Shown piece after piece: positions 1 through 8,081 of a stretch of 11,196 nucleotides of DNA. Source of the DNA: Octopus sinensis (Eukaryota); contig NW_021827234.1 in the NCBI RefSeq assembly GCF_006345805.1, positions 1 through 11,196 on the forward strand, written 5' to 3'. Position 1 is the stretch's first letter. Every line of letters begins with the position of its first letter. Position numbers and translations under genes: made by a program. The notes below the pieces were generated by a model. That model worked only from the letters and a program-made list of their open reading frames with translations. It did not search any database and was not told where the DNA came from.

Positions 1-275
1 CCTCATACATGTCTAGCGCATTCGAAGGTGATTTTTAGTCGCGCACTCGCGTTACGTAGTCTTTGTAAGATCGACTAGTCACGACTAGCTAGCACCGGGA
101 CCACACTTGTAGAAAAGTGCCTATATATATATATATATATATACGTATGAACATAAATACATATATATATATACATACGCGTATATTCATGCAAGCTGCC
201 GCATACAGACACATGCACAGCAACAAACAAAAAGATACAGCTCCAATAATGGACATGGTCAAGAACCAGTGAAGA
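1..275 (-). repeat. Inverted paralog of the ZNF intron segment
   Basis: 150-275 is the reverse complement of ~1893-2020 (also 2229-2330 and ~10011-10140). 1-121 matches the CpG-rich TIR arm (GCACCGGGACCA, GATCGAC, CTCATACATxTCTAGCGCAT) with the same junction order as 2229-2440. Confidence 0.85.
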
Positions 276-386
276 ACTTGCTAACAAACCACATGGTTCC
301 AGGTTCAGTCCCCATGTTTTCTACTATAGCCTCAGGCTCACCAAAGCCTTGTGAGTGGATTTAGTAGACAGAAACTGGAAGAAGCC

Positions 387-427
<41 letters not shown>

Positions 428-1000
428 ATATATATATAAAATCAAAATAAGGGTGAAAAAATTGGATATTAATTTAATAACATCAATTTAATACAGTGGT
501 TTAGCGCATAAAAAACTGAGATTCAATAAATATTAATACACAAATACTGAGATCAGTAAATATTTGTTATATATATATACTTTATTTAAAGCAGCAGAAA
601 ATTCAACAAAACCTGTTACTCTGAGTTTCCCGTTGCCAACGAACGGCAACGGGAAACTCAGAGTAACAGGTTTTGTTGAATTTTCTGCTGCTTTAAATAA
701 AGCATATAACTCTACCACTGGTATTTGAGTACTCTTTATTCCACCTTGTTTCACATTTATGTGTTTACTCAGGTATATATATATATATATTTATTTATGT
801 GTTTGTTCTCCCAACATCGTTTGACAACCGATGCTAGTGTGTTTGCGTCCCCGTCACCTAGCGGTTCGGCAAAAGGGACCATAGAATAAGTACTAGGCTT
901 GCAAAGAATGAGTCCTGGGGTCGATTTGCTCAACTAAAGGCGGTGCTACAGCAAGGCCCCAGTCACATGACTGAAAGAAGTAAAAGAGAGAAAGAGTAAA
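272..1000 (+). mobile_element. tRNA-derived SINE (family A), 5'-clipped, interrupted in its internal (TA)n by an insertion at ~437-772
   Basis: B-box-like GGTTCAGTCCC at 302-312; body CTACTATAGCCTC...AAAGCCTTGTGAGTGGATTT; internal (TA)n; 3' half at ~795-975; purine tail TAAAAGAGAGAAAGAGTAAA. Resembles an abundant octopus SINE; a second decayed copy lies at 7795-7950. Confidence 0.8.
580..702. repeat. Perfect inverted repeat, 58-bp arms with 7-nt loop; probable Penelope-like element terminus remnant
   Basis: 580-637 is the exact reverse complement of 645-702, with loop AACGAAC. It is part of a ~437-772 insert flanked by (TA)n. The Penelope assignment is inferred from the inverted arrangement and a partial hammerhead-like motif. 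Confidence 0.9.
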
Positions 1001-1150
1001 GCGAATACAGATATTAATAGAATGAAAGTAAGGTAGAAACTGGAAGGATTCCCCCCCAGTCCGCAGAGCAATCTAGGAGAGAATTACAGAAATGCAATCA
1101 AATAAAGGGAAATAACTTCTACAAGCAGTTCATTGATGCCTCGGGTGAAA

Positions 1151-1200
1151 GGCCACGAAACGGCGCGCTTTGACTCTTGATGACGTCATACACTTACTGG
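1151..1200 (+). promoter_or_regulatory. Putative ZNF promoter with perfect CRE/ATF palindrome and CpG-rich GGCGCGC motif
   Basis: ATGACGTCAT at 1180-1189 and AAACGGCGCGCTTT at 1158-1171 lie in a local CpG-rich patch ~100 bp upstream of a consensus splice donor; both motifs are retained in the duplicate at 9249-9298. Confidence 0.6.
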
Positions 1201-1284
1201 CTTCCCGCGTGTGCAAGGTGCTTTGGAAGTAACATCATCATTATTAATCATCGGTCTGTGATTCGCAGTTTTTCTCTGAATACG
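1190..1284 (+). other. Putative non-coding exon 1 of the ZNF gene (5' boundary approximate)
   Basis: Ends at ACG|GTAAGT (GT at 1285), a perfect donor conserved in the duplicate (GT at 9396). The TSS cannot be determined from sequence. Confidence 0.6.
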
Positions 1285-2333
1285 GTAAGTTGACAATGAT
1301 GATAATAATACTACTAATAACAATGTAATTAATAGAATTCTGTGAACTTCTCGGTGTCACAGTAATTATTTCGAAGCGAAAACATAAAAACTTTAGGAAA
1401 ATATATTCCCTCGTCTTAAATAATAACTTCCAAACTGAAATGTTGGTTTGTTGTTTCTGAAAACCTATTATCGACTGTTAGATGTGATATAGAGGAAATT
1501 TATTTGTAAAATGAGAAGAAAACGTTTTGATTAACGAGTAAAACGAACGGAGAAGCGGCATAACTACAGATACATGCCCCACCACTTTGGATGATCGTAA
1601 CTTTAATTAAATATTCTACGAATATTTGTTATAGTATGTAGATTCCGAATATACAAAACTTTTGTAGGAAAGTGCTTTTGGTGTGAGGAGTTTCGGAAAA
1701 TTCAGCGGCGTGAACTTCAATTCTTCTTAACTTTCAAGAAATGTTATATTTTTAAATGAAATTTTCTACAAATATACCTCGGACGATATAGATTCCGAGA
1801 AGGTAGGAATTTTGGGGGAAAACAATTCGGGGGTTACTTTTGAGGACCGTTCATTTATTTATTTTCTAAAATATTCCTTAATTCTTGCAACCTCTTCACT
1901 GGTTCTTGACCATGTCCATTATTGGAGCTGTTTCTTTTTGTTTGTTGCTGTGCATGTGTCTGTATGCGGCAGCTTGCATGAATATACACGTATATACATA
2001 TAGGTATTTATGCTTATACATACATGTATATATATATATACTACGGACATTTGGATTATGTTAGTAATTCTTTTATTAATAGTTGAAACCGCCGGTAGGT
2101 GATTAATTCTGTTTTTTTTATATAATTTTCATCTGTCCTGCCCGCCTAATTTGTTCTGGTGTTCGTTGAATTTCCCTCTAAAGTACATCCTTTGTAGTTT
2201 GATCGTTGATCTATTTCTAGCATACGGCCTTTCTTTTTGTTTGTTGCTGTGCATGTGTCTGTAAGCGGCAGCTTGCATGAATATACACGTATGAATATAT
2301 ATGTATTTATGCTGATGCATACATATACATGTG

Positions 2334-3009
2334 GGTACTAGTATCGTAGAGTGGTCCCGGTTTGCGCACACACGCTGACGCGCGTCCGCGCTAATCTGAC
2401 GTAGGCAGTCGATCCTACGAGCTGACTGGCGCATGCACGGTATATATATTTCTTTACTACCCACAAGGGGCTAAACACAGAGGGGACAAACAAAGGGATT
2501 AAGTCGACTACAGTGCGTAACTGGTACTTAATTTATCGACCCCGAAATGATGAACGGCAAAGTCGACCTCGGCGGAATTTGAACTCGGAACGTAACGACA
2601 GACGAAATACGGCTACGAATTTCGCCCAGCGTGCTAACGTTTCTACCAGCTCGCCATGCACGATATATACTTGTATCGATATATACGTTTATATGATATA
2701 TACTTGTATCGCACGTCCCCGATTCGCGCGCATGCGCTAGATATGTATGAGAGTTTTTTTAACAAATAGCTTTTTTTAAACAAAGAAAATAAAACACAAA
2801 GTAAGTAATTTCTTTTGTTGAGTCTTTTATTTACTTTGTTTAAGGCAAAACCCATTTTATTTGATATATATTCAGCCATTATATACATATATTATTATGC
2901 GCGCATCTGTTAATTTGCATACTCGCGCTAGGTAGTCGTTGAAGGATCGACCAGTCACGACGGACTAGCACGAGTGCGCGCACCGGGACCATTGTATTTG
3001 AGTAGTACC
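2334..3009. mobile_element. Old CpG-rich non-autonomous TIR element (MITE-like) in the intron
   Basis: Left end GGTACTAGTATCGTAGAGTGGTCCCGGTTTGCGCAC...GTCGATCCT mirrors right end AGGATCGAC...GTGCGCGCACCGGGACCATTGTATTTGAGTAGTACC; AT-rich centre; no TSD found. Confidence 0.6.
2447..2655 (-). mobile_element. tRNA-derived SINE (family B), near full length, with 14-bp TSD
   Basis: Minus strand starts GGCGAGCTGGTAGAAACGTTAG (A box) and has B box GAGTTCAAATTCC (2574-2586) and core GCCGTTCATCATTTCGGGGTCGATAAATTAAGTACCAG. Flanked by ATGCACG(G/A)TATATA at 2433-2446 and 2656-2669. Confidence 0.9.
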
Positions 3010-3179
3010 TTTGGTAGAGTATGGAGGACTGGTTATGTGGTCATGCTGCCTCTAATTTTTATTTCATCCCCCTGCAATGCTTCTAGATGTCTCACCAACG
3101 TATGTAATGTTCTTGTCTTTACAAGCACCCCACAACAAAATCTCTGGGTTAATATAGGGCGTTACGATTATCAGAAAAT

Positions 3180-3372
3180 CAAAAAAAAAATGTGTGTAAT
3201 AGGTGTAAAACAACTTCCTATGAACGAATATGAAAAAAAAAATTCGCGCACGCGAAAGGGGGGTGGGGGAGAGGCCTCGGAAAATTCACATCGGGAAGTT
3301 CCGAAAGCGTCTGAGGGGCTGACCCGGGCACCAAAACAAAAAAAAAATAGTGTAATATGTGTAAAACAACTT
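3180..3372 (+). repeat. 36-37 bp direct repeats flanking a 120-bp, mostly GC-rich segment
   Basis: C(A)10TGTGTGTAATAGGTGTAAAACAACTT (3180-3216) vs C(A)10TAGTGTAATATGTGTAAAACAACTT (3337-3372). Confidence 0.8.
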
Positions 3373-3833
3373 GCTCTTTATCATTAACTCTGATCACTTC
3401 ATAAACAGCCCATTTCACTTGTGGCAACTTTGCTCTGCGAAATTCTGGATGGCATCAACTCACTACTCTGGTCATGTTATGCCCACTATATTTTCGTTTT
3501 GGCTAGCTCCATTCCCATTAGCTTCTAACACCTTCCAACTCAATCTACTTATGCAAACATGGACAGTAAATGCATGACAATGGTAGTGATATAAAATCTG
3601 CAATGTTGAATTACTTATGTTGGTCAACTATCCAGTTTTATCTTACTGCTTCTTTTCCTATTTCAGAATATCACATGTTGACGTGAAGGAAATCTCTCCA
3701 TTCAGAAGTGTCTTTGATATTCTCATCAACTTTCATCACCTAAAGGAAGACTGCATATTTATAAGGAGCATTCATGAATAAGCCTACCTCTGTATATAAA
3801 TACAGTCTATAACAAAGAACAGCGGAATATTTT

Positions 3834-4018
3834 TCTTTCTGTGGAATGTATGGAAGAAACATTGCATTAAATTGTTATCTGAATGAAGTGACAAAAGTGA
3901 ACAGAAATGTATTCATGGAAATGAAAAACACTTTAACATTGTGAAGTATATGATAAGTTATTCTCTCAAAATGAATAATTTAAGTGAATCAGAAAATCTT
4001 GATAAAGAGGAAAAGCCA
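3834..4018 (+). pseudogene. Decayed C2H2 fingers forming the 5' UTR and N-terminus
   Basis: From ~3840 the sequence reads CGMYGRNIALNCYL (cf. [14 protein letters not shown]); from ~3905 KCIHGNEK; from ~3937 [11 protein letters not shown]. The N-terminal [13 protein letters not shown] is in exact register with LxxHxxxHTGEKP. Confidence 0.7.
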
Positions 4019-6368
4019 TATCACTGTAATATCTGTGGAAAATCATTTTCTTACAGTAGTGACATTATTAGACACAAACGTACACATACGGGAGAGAAAC
4101 CCTATCATTGTGAGATCTGTGGTAAATCATTCTCTCGTAATAGTCATTTGGTTACTCACAATCGCATTCATACTGGTGAGAAACCTTATCATTGTGAGAT
4201 CTGTGGTAAATCATTCTCTGAAAATAGTACCTTACGAAGACACAAATGTATTCATGCAGGAGAGAAACCATATCACTGTGAGATCTGTGGTAAATCATTC
4301 TCTTATAATTGTTATTTAATTATTCATAATCGCATTCATACAGGAGAGAAACCATACCATTGTGATATCTGTGGTAAATCATTCTCTGAAAACAGTGCTT
4401 TACGAAGACACAAACTTATTCATACCGGAGAGAGGCCATACCATTGTGATATCTGTGGTAAATCATTCTCTCGTAATAGTGATTTGGTTACACACAAACG
4501 TACACATACAGGAGAGAAACCATATCACTGTGATATCTGTGGTAAATCATTCTCTTGTAATAGTCATTTGGTTACACACAAACGTACACATACAGGAGAG
4601 AAACCATATCATTGTGATATCTGTGGTAAATCATTCTCTCGTAATAGTGACTTGGTTACACACAAACGTACACATACAGGAGAGAGACCATATCACTGTG
4701 ATATCTGTGGTAAGTCATTCTCTTTTAATACTCAAGTGCTTGTTCACAAACGCATTCATACAGGAGAGAAACCATATCGTTGTGATATCTGTGGTAAATC
4801 ATTCTCTTGTAAAAGTCATTTGGTTGAACACAATCGCCTTCATACAGGAGAGAAACCTTATCGCTGTGATATTTGTGATAAATCATTCTCTCGTAATAGT
4901 CAATTGACTAGGCACAGACTTACTCATACAGGAGAAAGACCATATCACTGTGATATCTGTGGTGAATCATTCTCTCGTAAGAGTCATTTTGTAACTCACA
5001 ATCGCCTTCATATTGAGAAACCTTATCATTGTGAGATCTGTGGTAAATCATTCTCTGAAAATAGTACCTTACGAAGACACAAACGTATTCATGCAGGAGA
5101 GAAACCATATCACTGTGATATCTGTGGTAAATCATTCTCTTATAATTGTCATTTAATTACTCATAATCGCATTCATTCAGGAGAGAAACCATATCATTGT
5201 GATATCTGTGGTAAATCATTCTCTGAAAACAGTGCTTTACGAAGACACAAACGTATTCATACTGGAGACAGGCCATACCATTGTGATATCTGTGGTAAAT
5301 CATTCTCTCGTAATAGTGATTTGGTTACACACAAACGTACACATACAGGAGAGAAACCATATCACTGTGATATCTGTGGTAAATCATTCTCTCGTAATAG
5401 TTACTTGGTTACACACAAACGTACACATACAGGAGAGAAACCATATCACTGTGATATCTGTGGTAAATCATTCTCTCGTAATAGTGACTTGGTTACACAC
5501 AAACGTACACATACAGGAGAGAAACCATATCACTGTGATATCTGTGGTAAATCATTCTCTGAAAATAGTACCTTACGAAAACACAAACGTATTCATACAG
5601 GAGAGAAACCATATCATTGTGATATCTGTGGTAAATCATTCTCTGTAAACAGTGCTTTACGAAAACACAAACGTATTCATACCGGAGAGAGGCCATACCA
5701 TTGTGATATCTGTAGTAAATCATTCTCTCGTAATAGTGACTTGGTTACACACAAACGTACACATACAGGAGAGAGACCATATCACTGTGATATCTGTGGT
5801 AAATCATTCTCTGAAAATAGTACCTTACGAAAACACAAACGTATTCATACAGGAGAGAACCATATCATTGTGATATCTGTGGTAAATCATTCTCTGTAAA
5901 CGTGCTTTACGAAAACACAAACGTATTCATACCGGAGAGAGGCCATACCATTGTGATATCTGTAGTAAATCATTCTCTCGTAATAGTGACTTGGTTACAC
6001 ACAAACGTACACATACAGGAGAGAGACCATATCACTGTGATATCTGTGGTAAATCATTCTCTGAAAATAGTGCCTTACGAAAACACAAACGTATTCATAC
6101 AGGAGAGAGGCCATACCATTGTGATATCTGTGGTAAATCATTCTCTAGTAATAGTGATTTGGTTACACACAAACGTACACATACAGGAGAGAAACCTTAT
6201 CATTGTGAGATCTGTGGTAAATCATTCTCTCGAAATAGTCATTTGGTTACTCACAATCACATTCATACTGGTGAGAAACCTTATCATTGTGATATTTGTG
6301 GTAAGTCATTTTCTCAAAGGCATCAGTTGAATAGACACACGCATACACATGGAGTAGAGAAGCCATAA
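3950..6368 (+). CDS. Polydactyl C2H2 (Kruppel-type) zinc-finger protein, 28 tandem fingers; 22 in frame (ORF 3941-5899), remainder reached only after correcting two 1-nt deletions
   Basis: Repeats of YHCxICGKSFSxxxxLxxHxxxH-TGEKP at 84-bp period from 4019. Finger 12 has a one-codon linker deletion (HIEKP). First in-frame ATGs are at 3950 and 3971. One A is missing at ~5858 (gagaacc vs gagaaacc) and one at ~5901 (aaacgtg vs aaacagtg); fingers 24-28 continue in the frame of ORF 5991-6368 to TAA at 6366-6368. No KRAB/SCAN/BTB/ZAD-like N-terminal domain is visible. Confidence 0.93.
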
Positions 6369-6610
6369 CCCCGCATTAGTTGTTGTAATTCATTTTTTGC
6401 AAATGGTGTTGTAACTAAACACGAAAATCTTCATACAAGACAGAACCTATGTAATGGTCGTGTCTGTGTTAAAGCTTTCTCTAATTGACCTAACTTAACT
6501 GTCCATGAACGAATCCCTACATGAGAGTAGCCATGTCAGTGTGACATGTGTGGCACATGATTCTCTCGAAAAAGCCACATGCATAAACATGTGGCTATTC
6601 ACAGAGACGT
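6366..6610 (+). pseudogene. Three decayed C2H2 fingers in the 3' UTR, in frame behind the stop codon
   Basis: Reading past TAA gives *PRISCCNSFFANGVVTKHENLHTRQNL / CNGRVCVKAFSN*PNLTVHERIPT*E*P / CQCDMCGT*FSRKSHMHKHVAIH, keeping 28-aa register with several stops. Confidence 0.85.
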
Positions 6611-6714
6611 GTTACTGTCTCAATGTCAAAATTTATTAAGTCATAACAATAATTAACACTAATTGGTCTGCTAAAACACAGGCTTTTTCCTTTCATCAGT
6701 TATAGGAATTTCTT

Positions 6715-6760
6715 AATAAAGAATAATGAATAAAATATTTATTTTGTGCTTGTTTTTTGC
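6715..6760 (+). terminator. Polyadenylation signals of the ZNF gene
   Basis: AATAAA at 6715-6720 and 6729-6734, followed by a GT/T-rich tract (TTTTGTGCTTGTTTTTTG, ~6742-6759). Confidence 0.6.
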
Positions 6761-6829
6761 ACTATATCTGGACCCTGTTCCTTTGTACCTTAAACCTGTC
6801 AACTGGCACAAGGTGACGTCCCTTCAATA

Positions 6830-7036
6830 CTACCTTCCTCCCTGCCAGTTTTGAGCTATTTTGTCTTGCAAGGTCCTTGGGGACCATGTCGGTTTGTAAA
6901 ATGGTTGACATTAGGAAATGCATTCTGCTGTAGAAAAGCCAAATCAGACAAGGGAAACTGGTGCAGCTCATGGCTTTGTCAGCTCCGGTTGAAGCATCCA
7001 ACATATGCCTGAATGGAAAACAAACATTAAACGATG
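6830..7036 (+). mobile_element. Old degenerate RTE LINE 3' UTR fragment
   Basis: TGGTTGACATTAGGAAATGCATTCTGCTGTAGAAA...CTGGTGCAGC...CGGTTGAA...TCCAACATATGC...CATTAAACGATG aligns by eye with 10962-11099 of the younger RTE copy. Confidence 0.8.
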
Positions 7037-7196
7037 TAGGAAGTATTCTTAGCAAGGTGAAGCGCTTGTCCTTTGACATGCACAACAGCAACTAACATTT
7101 TTCTCCTCTTATTCTCCTCCAAAGTATTGTGAACAAATATGCAAATATTTGTTGCGTCTGTTATTTTATAATGAATACATGCAATGTGTCAAATCA

Positions 7197-7380
7197 CTGG
7201 CAGATACGTCAGCACACAGGGTGAAAAGCATTTTGGTATTTCATCTATCTTTCCATTCTGAGATGAAATTCTGCTGTCGACTTTCACTTCCATTCTTTAA
7301 GGATTGATGAATTGTGTACCAGTTGCCTAATGCTGTCGACCTAATCAATTTTTCGAATCTTGTGTCATGAGTAGAAAAGA
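7197..7380 (+). mobile_element. Degenerate SINE family B copy
   Basis: CTGGCAGATACGTCAGCAC...GGTATTTCATCT...TTCTGAGATGAAATTCTGC...GTCGACTTT...GTACCAGTT is colinear with the reverse complement of 2447-2655. Confidence 0.75.
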
Positions 7381-7381
7381 A

Positions 7382-7780
7382 GGATCTTTTCTGTTTGAAC
7401 AACAGTTTTTTCTAGCGGTGTCATGTGAAATTGTCACCCATAATTATGACCCTAGTATCGATCTATTGCATTTCAATCTCTGTTAGGGTTAGGGTATCTT
7501 TTTTTCTTCACAAATGTAAGTAAACCCAATCTGTTTCTTAAACGAGGGAATTATTCATATGGCACAGAATGTTTTTTTTACCTCAACAGACTTCAGTGAT
7601 TGGTTGAAATTGCAGAAATTGAAGAAAAAAAACAACAAATATCTTACAAACTAAGGAATTTTCTCAATAAAGCTAAGAGAAAAAGATGTTTTATAAACAC
7701 ATTCTACCAGAATACGAAGTTTAAAAGTGTTTAGTGACCTAGAAATTATTTTTAAAAACTGCCGTTCAAACCGAAAAGAT
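7382..7780 (+). mobile_element. ~400-bp MITE copy 1 with ~28-bp TIRs and internal (TTAGGG)2
   Basis: GGATCTTTTCTGTTTGAACAACAGTTTTT ... AAAAACTGCCGTTCAAACCGAAAAGAT; TTAGGGTTAGGG at 7483-7494; non-coding. Confidence 0.88.
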
Positions 7781-7794
7781 GTTGAATGTGTGTC

Positions 7795-7950
7795 ATCTAG
7801 GAAATCCACTCACAAGTCTCCACCTACAAATTCCACTGAGAACACTTTGGATAAAACAAGGACAAAGTAGAAGGCACACACTTGAGGTGCCATGAAGTGG
7901 GATTGAGCTCAGGACCACATGCTTGGCAAGGTTTCTTGTGACTCAGTCTG
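7795..7950 (-). mobile_element. Degenerate SINE family A 5' part
   Basis: AAATCCACTCACAAG, AGTAGAAG and GTGGGATTGAGCTCAGGACCACATG are reverse-complement matches to 290-362. Confidence 0.7.
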
Positions 7951-8081
7951 TCTACATTGTTCTACAGTATCTCTGAACTCCATGTATGGGTTTTTTTAAT
8001 AATTTTGATTGTGTTTCTGTACGGTGATTTGAACTTTTGTCTGTTGACAAACAGTAATTTTCGACCTTTGGGGCAGAAATT

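Larger units (their letters stand above)
1004..2044 (+). repeat. Segmental duplication copy 1 (promoter + exon 1 + 5' intron)
   Basis: Colinear with 9103-10173 from AATACAGATATTAATAGAAT to TATACTAC; offset ~8.1 kb. Confidence 0.95.
1285..3666 (+). other. Putative intron 1 of the ZNF gene
   Basis: GTAAGT donor at 1285; strong acceptor TTCTTTTCCTATTTCAG|A ending at 3666, ~280 nt before the first in-frame ATG; interval is filled with repeats. Confidence 0.6.

Noticed and set aside
75-287. Similar small ORFs at 75-287, 1812-2003, 2129-2464 and 10013-10282 that look like a peptide family
   Set aside because: Similarity comes from the duplicated non-coding intron module; several have non-ATG starts and low-complexity YI tracts.
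1560-1850. Possible old DNA transposon fragment in the intron (TAGATTCCGA occurs twice)
   Set aside because: Could not identify convincing TIRs or a TSD by eye; left unannotated within the duplication.
2574-2655. tRNA gene suggested by A/B boxes
   Set aside because: No cloverleaf evident; followed by a SINE body and flanked by a TSD, so a tRNA-derived SINE head.
3984-6330. Alternative-frame and antisense ORFs over the finger array (MISVVNHSL..., MIYHRYHSD...)
   Set aside because: Shadow frames generated by the 84-bp finger repeat; no independent coding evidence.
4019-6365. Regular repeat/variable pattern superficially like a CRISPR array or diversity-generating cassette
   Set aside because: The period is 28 codons of C2H2 finger, the variable part is the recognition helix, the context is eukaryotic, and there are no cas or intact RT genes.
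7483-7494. TTAGGG repeats as telomere or chromosome-fusion relic
   Set aside because: Only 2-3 units, at the same internal position in both MITE copies, so part of the element.
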